A stretch of 45,802 bases of DNA from Octopus bimaculoides (GCF_001194135.2 NC_068983.1:98820151-98865952); one strand, 5' to 3'; positions 12,613-24,936 are shown, counted from the first letter of the stretch. The notes: generated by a model not told the origin, from the letters alone. Program-made: numbers and translations.

Positions 12613-12954
12613 GGTAAAACATAATAAAAACCATTTCGCTACTATATTTCTGTTGAAAATATACTGCCATTATTTCTGTGGATCTGAATATTAATCAAGA
12701 ATTTAGTAAAATAACTTTTGTCATTATTAAGCTGGTGTCAGGAACATGAATTTACATCAAGTTTTTTGATAGACAGTCTTAATTTAAATCACTTTAAAAT
12801 AGGGTAGTCTCAGATGGGTTGGTATCAAGAAATAAAACAAAGTTAAATTGGTAGAACAGAAGAAAGAATTGCATATTAGTTTAATCCACTCTTTAAGATA
12901 AGACTATTATTAAAAGACACTGAAGTTTGACAACTGAGCTGCCTTGTTAGGTGG

Positions 12955-13140
12955 AATAATCCTTTCTACTAAAGGCCTGAAATTTGGGGGGAGGGGACTA
13001 GTCAATTACAATGTTTTACAAGGTACTTAATTTATCGACCCTGAAAGGATGAGAGGCAAAGTGAACTTTGGTGGAATTTGAACTCAGAACATGGCGGCAT
13101 TTTGTCCAGCATGCTAGTGATTCTGCCAGCTCACCACATT
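12955..13140 (-). mobile_element. tRNA-derived SINE (SINE-B)
   Basis: tttatcgaccctgaaaggatgagaggcaaagtgaactttggtggaatttgaactcagaac is the reverse complement of the 19860-20087 body. Confidence 0.8.
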
Positions 13141-13509
13141 AAGTGGAATAATAACAAGAAATGTTAAATGAGAAATTTCAATGAAATGATGTTACAATGT
13201 TAGGAAGGATAAAGCAAGCTGTGTGTGTGTATGTAGGTGTGATTGCATGTGTAGGAGTGTGCATGTATGTGTGAGTGTGCTGTTGATAATGTTTAGCTCG
13301 AGGGCAGCCATGACTGAGTACACCCATGATCAAAGGTGTTACAATTTGCGAGCATTTGTCTTTTTGTACATTGTATATTATATGTATGTATGTCCAAAAC
13401 ATCATTGTTTATTCAGAAGGTGGTATAGGGTTTTAGGATGATTTGACTTCTACTTTTTAACAGGTCAAGCAATGACATAACGGAGCCTTAGTTGGAAGTG
13501 TTTTCATCG

Positions 13510-13858
13510 TTTATCTTTTACTTGTTTGAGCCATTAGACTGCGAACATACTGGGATGCCACCTTGAAGAATTTTAGTCAAATGAATTGACCCCAATACTT
13601 ACTTTTTTTTAAAGCCTGGTACTTATTCTATCATTCTCTTTTATCAAACTGCTAAGTTACATGGATGTAAACACACCAACACCAGTTGTGAAGTGGTGGT
13701 GACACACACACACACACACACACAAAGGGTTTCTTTCAAATTTCTACCAAATCCATTCACAGGGCTTTGGTCAGCTCGAGGCTTTGTAGAAACACTTGCC
13801 CAAGATGCCACACAGTGGGGCTGAACCCAAAAGCAAACTTCTTACCACACAGCCACAC
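13510..13858 (-). mobile_element. SINE-A copy
   Basis: Diagnostic motifs with internal (CA)n. Confidence 0.8.
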
Positions 13859-13939
13859 ATACACCTTATGTATACATACACGCAAAGAATCTCGCATTAA
13901 TCATAAAAAAGGCAAATTAAAATAAGAAAAACAACATAC

Positions 13940-14173
13940 CTCTTTATGTTCTTTACTGACTTTCAAGGAGGTAAATGCTTCATCACCAACACGGCATGGC
14001 CAGTGCACTTTCCGAGTAAGTTTAGGTATGACCACATTAGCAGGGACCTCTGTGCCAGATTTGGAAACAGTTTTATCTGTAGATGTTTTGGCAGTGCTGC
14101 TCTGGGAACTGCTGTTGTTTGATGGAGCAGAAGTTGGTTTACCAGACCGTGCAGAACTTGGTCCTTCATCACC
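13940..14173 (-). CDS. WAPL: WAPL coding exon (234 nt, 78 codons, phase 0/0): GDEGPSSARSGKPTSAPSNNSSSQSSTAKT...FTSLKVSKEHKE
   Basis: Acceptor ttgtttacttacag, donor GAG|gtatgt, open frame. Splices in frame to 12053-12189 giving LKVSKEHKE|LFTVV (cf. vertebrate LKCRREDKE|LYTVV). S/T-rich linker expected upstream of the WAPL domain. Confidence 0.87.
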
Positions 14174-16399
14174 CTGTAAGTAAACAACATTTTCTGTTAA
14201 ATGAGAGAGAAATAAAACAGGCAACAATACAAAAATAATTGTTCAGTCTCAAACTAACCCCGATCCAGCACACCTATTTCAAAAGGCTCCATTCATAACA
14301 ATCTCCCCTTTTATTCAAACAGTGTATTAAAGACTGCAATGTCTCAATATATCTTTCTTTCTTTTAAAGATGGTAAGGCAAAATTTAATAAAAGAGGTGA
14401 CATCTATTTCTAGCAGGTCCAGCAACTGTATAGACCATTTTGGAGAAGCACCCGCGTGATACATGGCTCAGCATTAGGCAAGTTGCACTACTAAAAAAAA
14501 AATGAAGGTAATTTTGCATTAGACATGATATTCAGAAAGTGCCACAGGCTATAGTTTGCCCATGGCTGGTGTAAGAGCATCCTGGTTAACCCTTGCAACA
14601 TGCAGTTGTTGTCATGTCATAAGAATTGTTGGCTAGGATAACACTAAAGAGACAGAGTGGGTGAGAAGAGCAGGACAGATAGTTTCTGCTATGATGTTGT
14701 GATTGGAAACATAATTGTTATAAAGAGAAATCTAACTCAGAGTGAGTGGCATCACATAGACACTGATGTTTGGCAGGTAACCAAAGATAAAGACTTGAAA
14801 TATTAGGAATCAAACTTTGGAAACAGATGTTAAATGATGATGATGATGATGATGATATCACACACACACACACGATAAAAAACTGATGTCACATGCTTAA
14901 TGTATGTGTTTTGTTTATATGCTTGTTAGCTGCAGGATTTTATCCAGTGAAATGTCTCTTTAAGACAGCCAGTGTTAAAAGGACTTTTCCCTGGAAGATA
15001 TCCTACAGTTAATAAGTGTATAAATGAAACAAACATTAAGTAATGTGACATTGGTGAATTTTACATTATTGGAATTGCTTTTAATTTAAAATATATAATA
15101 TATACTTTATTTGTGGGTAAACCAGCATGCCATTGGTTTCATGCTAGGAGAGGTATATCTCTGAACAATCTTCAAGCCTAAGGCATGGGACATTGGTGTT
15201 CATCTCCATCTTGGATGATGTGTGTGTATATATATATATATATATATACGCATACACACACTCAAATAATGTATGTATATGTGCGTATATATAACAAAGT
15301 GCAATAGCTTTCAAATAATCAAGATAAAATAATCTACTTAAAAACAACAAGAATCCTATGTAAATTTTGTAAAAATACCTCATCAGCTAAAATACGCAAG
15401 CATATATTTTTAAGTTCACATGTTTTCTTCTCTATATTGCTGCCAAATCAATTATGTTCACAATCCAAAGGAAAAAAGAGAATTATTTTACATTAAATCA
15501 GCTATGAAAATTTAAATTAGAATAGGAAATAGTCCAAAAATTGTTAAACTTAATAGTGAATATCTGTTGCCATGGAAATTGATTCCTAGCTGTGGCTTTC
15601 ATACATAAAATGCATTGACGTCTAAGCTTCAAGTTTAGATAGATGGGTTAAGATAGTAGTACTTCCAGAAACTTATCTGAAACAGTGAGAAAGATGTAAC
15701 TAGTGTAAAGTGAAGCCAGACAAAACTTGGCAATCAGATAAACATTTAAATTGAAACTAGTATTTTATTCAAAGTAGAAGAGTGCAAAAGATCTTTTATG
15801 TTTTCACCAATGATGTAGAAGCCAGGTAAGGTGATAATGATATGAGATGTTGATAGAAAATTAGTAAAGACTCCAAATACTAAGAATTACATATAACCCT
15901 TCTAGAATATTCGTTATACAGATGGAACATAGTGATGCACAAATATACTTAAATATTCACTTGCACCAAATTTCGTCCACAGAAAGACACAATACTTGTG
16001 AATAAAAACATTGCTTCATTTCAATTATGAATTATCCCATTAGCATTTAAACAGACCATATCCAGCCCAAATATTCCACCTGATTTATGTTCAAACTGGC
16101 CAGATCCAGCCTTTCACGTTTGCCCTAAAATATAAAGAATCATACCATCAAAATCTCAAAGCTCCAAGATAATGTATGATTAATTCAAAACAAGGTGAAT
16201 ATATAAGCATGATATTTGACAGAATAATCTGAATGCTAAAGAGTTGTACCAATCCTGTCTAGGCTCCTAATCTCTCTGTAACAGAGCTTACTCATACAAT
16301 GAAGCTAAAATAATTAGAATAAAAGATCAACTAGATATTTTACTGCAGTCAACTTCAACTACTGAAGTCCCTGCTACAACATGTATGATAAGCTAAATA

Positions 16400-16690
16400 T
16401 ATTCAAGTACATCTAAAACACTAAAACCACTATCTCTTTCATTTGATCCACAAATATTGTCTTGAAATGTATGACCTCAACTGTATGAACTATATCCATC
16501 ATGTTCAGACCAAATCCACTTTCTTCATTCTTACTGTAAACACAACTAGACCCCGATACCATATAGCAATGTGCAACTTCATGAATACTCAAGAAGTGCA
16601 TTACTATCCAACCAAAAGTATAAGTTTTGCTTATTTACACAACCACAACCAGATGGAAATAAGGTTCATCACTCATAAGGAAAATCACAT
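16400..16690 (-). pseudogene. Degenerate Tc1/mariner-superfamily transposase fragment
   Basis: Minus strand gives FLMSDEPYFHL, a frameshift, then GCVNKQNLYFW, matching the recalled SDEAHFHLSGCVNKQN.R.W first catalytic-Asp motif; stops and frameshifts follow. Confidence 0.65.
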
Positions 16691-17782
16691 CATCTGATCA
16701 CAATGGTTTTTTTCCAGTTTTCGCCTACCAAATCCATTCACTCCACTCACAAGGTTTTGGTTGGCCTGAAACTACAGTAGAAGGCAGTTGCCCAAGGTGT
16801 CATGCAGTGGGACTGAACCCAGAACCATGTGGTTGGGAAGCAAACTACTTATTACACAGCCATGTCTGCACACTTTACACACAAACACACACACTGGAGG
16901 CAAATCCTAAAACGATCTTCAGTTCTGTTAAGTGTAACAACAGAAAGACAGAGAGGGTTAGCTACAAGTGCTAAAATTAGTCACCCACTATCACAGTTCA
17001 TCAGCATCTATCAGTATCTGGACCATAAATCAATGAGATACATTCAGAAATAACTGAATAATGCAGCGGTAGTTTACAATAAATCAATTCATATAGCTGA
17101 AATATACTGAACCGATAATCAATATATCACATTACAAGGTATTCAGTTATTAATTCTTCAGATGATTTTTGATCAGTTTAAGAATTCGCCTCAGAAGTCT
17201 ATGTAATTGCCTTTTAATGTTGCTGCACTCTGACCGAGTCAATTTTTCATCAGAGGTGTTCCAGTTATGACCATCACATTTGATGGGCTGCATTATCCGA
17301 AATGACTGTCATTTTTGAAGAAAGGTAAAGTATAGTTTAAGTAGAATTTCACAGCTATTTGTAGCAAGTTGAGTCACCATGTAGAGCACCTTTGTTGGTT
17401 TTTTGTCCAATGTGTCTGTCTTGAGGATTTGGCTATTATTTCCAGCAGACTGAGTGACTAAACAACTGCCACCACATTTAACCTTTTAGCATTCAGATTA
17501 CTTAGTCAAATGTAATGCCTATTTATTCCCATTCGTTAAAGTTTAATCTTATATTTTATTATAGCTTTGAAATTTGTAATTTTTGTTTTTGTTTATCAGG
17601 AATCACACTGTTAATGTATCATTTAAAAAAAAAAAGACATAAAATATGATTTGAGATTTGACTGCTATTTCTAGAAGGGTGAATAGTCACAGACAAGCTC
17701 TAATTGTTTTCATTTGCACCTTGTTTACACACATATCTAATTATATCTCATGCTTCTATTTTGAAGTTGTCACATAACATCC

Positions 17783-17880
17783 CCACCACCCATCTCCATG
17801 TGCACACACCACCACCACTGCCACCACCACCCATCCCCATGTGCACACACACCACCACCCATCTCCATGTGCGCACACAC
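17783..17880. repeat. Three copies of a ~25-bp unit caccacccatctccatgtgcacaca
   Basis: Directly visible, imperfect tandem. Confidence 0.8.
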
Positions 17881-18704
17881 ACACAAACACGTGCTCACAC
17901 ACACACACATGCACACAAACACACATACAGTATAATTGTTGAAGCGCGAAGTGGAATGTTTGGTAAGGAATATTATTGATCTTTTGAGCTATATTTATAG
18001 TGAACAATTGAAATTTTCTTATTATTTATCATATAACATAACTATTTTCTCTCTTCTCAGCAGATACATCAACAACGAAGCTGAATGTCTTTCTTTGTCG
18101 ACTCTACTTCTAGTTTTTCATTGCAGATTTCTTTGAATACTCTATTAATATTCTGATGGATTCCACATCAGTATTGACAAGTATTCCAGTTGTGTTGTTC
18201 AATCAATGGAACTACATATGCTTGCATTGTACAGTAAGCAGCTGAATATTGTTTACAAGGCTGACCCTTTGAATCATGGAAGCAGCCCATTTGACGGACT
18301 TCTTCACAAGTATCTGTCTACTCAGAAAGTGACATATAGTGGAATTGAACTGTGGTCCTTATGGCTACAATGTGAACTTCTTGACCATTTGGCTATGCAT
18401 TGTTGTGCATAGCCACTTGTATGAGAAATAGTGTGGGGGCAGGGGTGGGGGAATAGGAATACTCATCCACATACAAAATAAAAATGCCACTGGTGAAGTT
18501 TTATGGGGGGGGGGGGATTTAGATATCTACAATGGGCTACTTTCGGTTTCCATCTACCAAATCTATTCACAAGGTTTTGGTTAGCTTGAGGCTATAGTAG
18601 ATGCCCAAGGTTCAACACAATGGGACTAAACCCATGGTAGCTGGGAAGTGCATATTTGTTCAGGCTATGTGTAGTTTTCTATTCTTTTCTACTCTAAGCA
18701 CAAG

Positions 18705-18900
18705 GCCCGAAATTTTTGGGGGAGGGAGCCAGTCGATTAGATTGACCCCAGTATGCAACTGGTACTTAATTTATCGACCCCAAAAGGATGAAAGGCAAAG
18801 TTGACCTCAGCGGAATTTGAACTCAGAACATAAAGACAGACGAAATACTGCTAAGCATTTCACCCAACATGCTAATGTTTCTGCCAGCTCACTGCCTTGG
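18705..18900 (-). mobile_element. SINE-B copy
   Basis: Reverse complement of the SINE-B head and body. Confidence 0.82.
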
Positions 18901-18974
18901 TGTAGTTCTCTGGTAGAGCCATTTTAACTTTGACATAAGCACAATGGAAGGAAGTTGAGATAGAAAAGCTATTA

Positions 18975-19185
18975 AGTAGTCGTATGCTGTCAACTTAATG
19001 AGACAATCCCCTGAAGGGAATAATACTACTGTTGGTTAGACCTAGGAAGCTGCACCGCTTCCTAGGTCTAACCAACAGTAGTATTATTCCCTTCAGGGGA
19101 CTGTCACATTAAGTTGACAGCATACAACTACTTCATCGTATCACTACTGCATAAATCTCTGAGAGATTTTGAAATGTATTATTTC
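18975..19185. mobile_element. 211-bp insertion containing a long palindrome, flanked by the 14-bp direct repeat tagaaaagctatta
   Basis: Direct repeats 18961-18974 and 19186-19199; arms 18974-19050 and 19057-19133, loop tgcacc. Confidence 0.75.
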
Positions 19186-19222
19186 TAGAAAAGCTATTAT
19201 TTTAAATAATGTATGTGCACAT

Positions 19223-19288
<66 letters not shown>

Positions 19289-19299
19289 AAAAAAACCCA

Positions 19300-20220
19300 A
19301 AACGGACAAGTTTTCAAAAAGTATTATTAGTTTCTCGCTTGTCTAGAGAAAGGAAGAGCAGCTTTGATGTTTCAGACAGAGTCCCTCATCAGAAAAAAGA
19401 GGGCAAGAAAAAGGTCAATTGTGGTGGAAAGAATGGAAGAAGAGAGAAAATGGGCTTAGGGGTTGGGTGGGAATGTGGTTCTATGGGGAGGAACTAAGAA
19501 GTAGGGGAAGATGTAGGGAGTTGCGTGAATATAAAGGAGAGTATCTGTGACAGGTGATGGGAGAAGTGGTATGGGGTACAGGTGGTTGACTGGGGGTGAG
19601 TGGAGTTGAGTGGAATGTGAATGTGGAAAAGGTGAGGGGAAATAGAGAAAGCAGAAAAAAGGAAAGAAAAAGAGGGTAAACAACAGATAAAACAGTGTAG
19701 TAGAGGAGACAAAGAAATTAAAGCAAATACAGGTATGGAGGGAAAGTTAAAAAGTGGGTAAAGGTGGAAAAATAAATGAAAAGTTAGGTGAAAAAAAAGC
19801 TGTATGTGAAAGATTATGTAAAGAGTCAGAGAGGAAAGGGGATGAGAAGGGTTAAGAAGGCGGCGAGCTGGCAGAAACGTTAGCACGCCGGGCGAAATGC
19901 TTAGCGGTATTTCGTCTGCCGTAACGTTCTGAGTTCAAATTCCGCCGAGGTCAACTTTGCCTTTCATCCTTTCGGGGTCGATAAATTAAGTACCAGTTAC
20001 GCACTGGGGTCGATGTAATCGACTTAATCCCTTTGTCTGTCCTTGTTTGTCCCCTCTATGTTTAGCCCTTTGTGGGCAATAAAGAAATAAGAAGTATTTA
20101 TGGAAGGCATGTGAATATTGAAAAGACAGGGGGAAAAAGTGAGAGGAGGGATTATAAAAAAGGATAAAAAAAAAAAGAATGTAAAAGAAGGATGTTATAA
20201 AGACTGTAAAGATAAAGGTA
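19300..20220 (-). mobile_element. Decayed Penelope-like terminal/purine-rich fragment interrupted by SINE-B
   Basis: Minus-strand CTGATGAGGGACTCTGTCTGAAACATC at 19366-19392, next to a long GA-rich tract, adjoining (CA)n(TA)n. Confidence 0.45.
19860..20087 (+). mobile_element. Young full-length SINE-B with 7-bp TSD (taagaag)
   Basis: TSD 19853-19859 and 20088-20094; tRNA-like head (gagctggcagaaacg; gagttcaaattcc); CpGs intact. Confidence 0.88.
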
Positions 20221-20340
20221 TACAGTAATGCCTCGGTGAGTTAATTTGTTCCTAGAGACTGCTCGTAAAGTGAAAACTCATAAAGCAGAGCAATAATTCC
20301 GCACAGTAGCAATGTTATAAATCATAATTCATTCCCAGAA
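20221..20340 (+). mobile_element. pogo/Tigger-like DNA transposon left end
   Basis: TA-CAGTAATGCCTCG terminus; no matching right end seen. Confidence 0.45.
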
Positions 20341-20639
20341 AAATATTTTACCAATAAAATTTATAATACTCATAAATAAATGACAATAAAAGAATAGTAG
20401 AATGTAAATAATGATGACAATGATAAATGTATGGAAGCCCAAGACTAAGTAAAATCAGCTTGGTATGGTAACTGAAAATAATATGTTGTTTCCTATCAAT
20501 TGAGTTATCAGATCTAAGTTCAGGGAATTCCCCAGCCCTAAAATGTTAACCAAAAATAAGGAGGGATAAAAAGAGGAAATAAAGTAATAACAGTAATAAC
20601 TAAAAAGTCAATAGCATTAAAAAGTATATAAAAGTATTT

Positions 20640-21008
20640 TATCTCTTATTTTGTATCAGTCATTTGAAGGGATGGTTTTTTAGTTGAATAAATCAACCCT
20701 AGGGGTTAATTTTTTTTAAAGCCTAGTACTTATTCTATCAGTCACTTTTGCTGAACCGTTAGGTTACAGGGTCATAAACATGCCAACACCAGTTGCCAAG
20801 CAGTGACGGGAGNNNNNNNNNNNNNNNNNNNNNNGGGGGGGACAGACAAAGTCATACACACACACTTCTTTCAGTTTCTGTCTACCAAATCCACTCACAA
20901 GGCTTTGGTCAGCCCAGGATATAGTAGAAGAAACTTGCCCAAGTGGCCACACAGTGGGACTGAACCTAGAACCATGTGACTGAGAAGCAAGCTTCTTACC
21001 ACACAGCC
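20640..21008 (-). mobile_element. SINE-A copy spanning gap 20813-20834
   Basis: Diagnostic motifs on both sides of the gap. Confidence 0.8.
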
Positions 21009-22768
21009 ACACCAGCACAAAAGTACATATAAAAAAATAGCATTATACGCGGTGTGATCAATAGGTATCAGGACTGTTGCCATAGTAACAAAGCTAAAGT
21101 ACGCAGAGTAAAGTTGCTTGGCACAGGGAAGAGACAGCTGGAGATACAAAGATTAAATCAAAAAAATACTATTGAATAATAGTAATATAGATTAAACTAA
21201 AAAATACTATCAAACAATAGTAATTTTTAAATAGGGTTAAAAGGTCAAAAGACTACACAAAGACTTATGGACCTAAATCTTAATCACAGTTTTGAACCAC
21301 ACTCCAAAGTACTTTATAGCTCAAAGGACTGTAGCATAACCAAAACCGTACTTGCATTTGGAGGAGAATATATACAGAAGAACATATTGAAAAATACACA
21401 AAGACACTCACACAACTGTATACTCATGTGTATGTATGCATATGTGGTTGTGCTAATGCTTGTCTCTGTGTAGTCTATATGTATATTAATGGGCATAAGA
21501 GTACAATGTTGTGTGAGTATCTTCATGTATTTTTTAGTATGTTAATTCTTCAGTACATATGCTTTTCTGTATGTGCAAGTAAAGTTTTGGTTATGTTACA
21601 GCCCATTGGACTGTAACAACATTACGAAGTAACTCTGAGCCCCTAGAAACAGCTGTCGGATCTGTAACACCATACCTTCTCATTGAATTTTACTGTGTCT
21701 TTGTACTCTGTGTAAGTTTGTTCTGTTTCATTGTCTGAAAATCTTCAGTCTTTGCCTTCTCTCAATTCACATGAATACATGTATATATATTTTGTATATC
21801 CTAACCCAAACATCTTTATCTGTTTATTTACTCATTTTGTCTCTTTCTCTCTCTCTCTCTCTCCATACACACAATAATTCATTCATTATTACTTCACCAA
21901 GCCAAGCTCTTGGGCACTACACCTGATCCACAGCTGGGTTTGACACCAACACCTGGCCTTTGAGTGCTTTTAGCAGAATCTATTCTGTTGCAAGCATTTC
22001 ATCCAGGTCTCTGATTCGAGTACAACTTGTTTATTTTTCTAGTTAGAGGCACTGAAAAGGGTCATTAGTACTACCCTTCCTTATGTGATAAAACTTAAAA
22101 AGTAAATATTATGCGTCACTGAGATGGGCAGAATATAACCAAAACATATTCAGAGTTGGTGTTCCATACTCACCAGAAAAGCACAAAATAATATTTGCAT
22201 TGATTGATACTGCTTCAGCATCCTCATTGCATATTATCTTTAGTTAACTTTTTACTATTCCATGCAATAAATATGTTAGCACTAACTTAACTAATTTATC
22301 ATGTTCTAATTAAATATCCTAGACTACAACGCTATTTTGCTGTACAGAGTATATAAAAGCATAGATCAATGCTTATCTTGATGTTTTGTTAACTAACAGA
22401 TCAATAATTTCATCTGTTTTAGAGTGATCAAACAGAAAATATCTCCAATAATATAGTCAATACTTAATGACTTCAATTTATCTGTGAATTAGGTTATTGC
22501 AATGTGTTTTTGTTTCTTCTTTTTAAAGTAACTGAAAGAGAGGTTAACATTCTAGAGAATGTTGTTGGGGGAAAAAGGTATGTATAATAAAAAAAAAAAT
22601 TTCAAATAGATTTTGGACTAGTCAGATCTATAAGACAAGCCCTGGTTTACTATTCATTCCGACAGCTTTGATATAGCAACACACTCATCATAGTTCTGTG
22701 ACATCCACATTCACTCCATCTTCAACACACACACACACACACACACTTACATACATATTGTATAGATT

Positions 22769-22821
<53 letters not shown>

Positions 22822-23230
22822 NNNNNNNNNNNNNNNNNNNNNNNNNNNNNNNNNNNNNNNNNNNNNNNNNNNNNNNNNNNNNNNNNNNNNNNNNNNNNNN
22901 NNNNNNNNNNNNNNNNNNNNNNNNNNNNNNNNNNNNNNNNNNNNNNNNNNNNNNNNNNNNNNNNNNNNNNNNNNNNNNNNNNNNNNNNNNNNNNNNNNNN
23001 NNNNNNNNNNNNNNNNNNNNNNNNNNNNNNNNNNNNNNNNNNNNNNNNNNNNNNNNNNNNNNNNNNNNNNNNNNNNNNNNNNNNNNNNNNNNNNNNNNNN
23101 NNNNNNNNNNNNNNNNNNNNNNNNNNNNNNNNNNNNNNNNNNNNNNNNNNNNNNNNNNNNNNNNNNNNNNNNNNNNNNNNNNNNNNNNNNNNNNNNNNNN
23201 NNNNNNNNNNNNNNNNNNNNNNNNNNNNNN
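22822..23230. other. Assembly gap (others: 20813-20834, 25880-26023, 36710-37218, 42142-42151)
   Basis: N runs, mostly abutting microsatellites. Confidence 1.
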
Positions 23231-23875
23231 CTATGGCAGTAGTTGAATAATATTCTTAAGGCCGCAATTTACTCACATGCAGCACTTTTCAGAGGTTGTC
23301 TCTAATTCAGTCCTTAACCAAATTGAAAATTGTTAACATTTTTGAAGAGGATTGGTCTCTGGCTACACTTTGGCATAAAAAAAATTGAGATTTGAACCAG
23401 TAGAAAAAAGTTTACATCAAAATTTGTAGCAATGTTATAGGAGAGGTAAGTAACACTACCAATCAAGTTTAGATCTAAATAACTTTTTTATTTTAAAAGC
23501 AAAATATATTTAGCTTCAATGATGGAAGAAAGCATGAAGGATTTCATAGTTTTGTTCCTATGCAACAAAAATTTGTATCAAAAAAGTTGTGAGGCAAAAT
23601 ATCATTAAAAAAAACACAAGACAAGAATTGGATTGAAGTATAATTAACTATGGTATCATTCTCTTACAATGAAGTTTTAAAATTAAAAAGTTATGAGTGT
23701 TTGTTTCTCAAATTTGAGGGTGATGATATAGCTCTATATATTTTTATGAATATAGTTCTATAAAGGGACTTTTAATATATGTCACCAGTGTCATCGAAGT
23801 AAGGAAAGAATTATCAACGACACTTAATTGACACATTATTAATTAGCATTATAACATAGCCTGGAAAAAACATGG

Positions 23876-24749
23876 ATTACATGGAAAAATGCAAGCAAGA
23901 GAAATAATATTTTTAACATTATAAACCTGGAAAATTACAGGACAAGTTATTACACTTGGAAAAGTTCAAGACAACTCATTACATCTGATAAAGTACAGAG
24001 CAAGAACATTTTTTAAATATTGCAGCTAAGGATAAAATTTCAATATTAAAAATTATTTGATTTTAATTTGCAAAGTAACATAATTAAAAAAAGGTAGCAT
24101 CATTTTGTTAAAATATTGGCACACTAGAATACTTCAGGAATGAGAGCCAGAAGTATCAATATAGCTAAAGTTTTATACAAAGTAGAACATTATATATAGG
24201 CAAATTCATTATGTTAAAAATAGGCATTGAGTCAGAACTAAAAATGTGAAGACTTGACAAAAATTGAGGCAATAACTCAAGCAAATTTTACTGTAAATTT
24301 GTTGTTATAGGTAGGATTTTACTGTAATATATAACTAATTTTTGTATTATTCTATTTATTGTACTAACTAATTATGTACTACTATTATTTTTATAACCTA
24401 TTTTCAAATTTCTAATTATTAATTAATAATTTAAAAAATGAATTTTTTTAAAGTGCAAAAAATATTTTGAGTTATTTTTAATTTTTAATAGAAGTAAAAA
24501 GTAATAACAAATAGAACTTGTAATAAAATTTTTAGTTTTAATAAAAGCTAATATTTTCTAAATCTAAATATTTTTTTTTTGAAATTTTATCCTTAGCTGC
24601 AATATTTTAAGTAAAAATTTTCTTGTTCTGTACTTTACCAGATGTAATGAGTTGTCCTGAACTTTTCCAAGTGTAATAACTTGTCCTATAATTTTCCAGG
24701 TTTATGATCTTAAGAATATTATTTATCTTGCTCATATTTTCCATGTAAT
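23876..24749. mobile_element. Fold-back non-autonomous DNA element with ~170-bp inverted repeats and a very AT-rich spacer
   Basis: 23876-24043 is the reverse complement of 24579-24749 (e.g. caagttattacacttggaaaagttca / tgaacttttccaagtgtaataacttg). Confidence 0.8.
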
Positions 24750-24901
24750 ATATATTTATATATATGTATTCATACATATACATATGTATATCATCACCAT
24801 CATTTTAATGTTCACTTTTCCAGGCTTGCAGAGATGGGATGATGTTTAATGAAGGAGATTTTCTACAGCTGGATGCCCTCCTTGTAGCTAACCCTTATAA
24901 A

Positions 24902-24936
<35 letters not shown>

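Noticed and set aside
18435-18456. Possible G-quadruplex
   Set aside because: Only three runs of three or more G.
20523-20532. Perfect NF-kB-type palindrome GGGAATTCCC
   Set aside because: Single 10-mer in probable transposon sequence; no supporting context.
22174-22240. Strong minus-strand donor CTG|gtgagt with a short open frame
   Set aside because: No polypyrimidine tract upstream, wrong phase for the 14173 acceptor, no homology.
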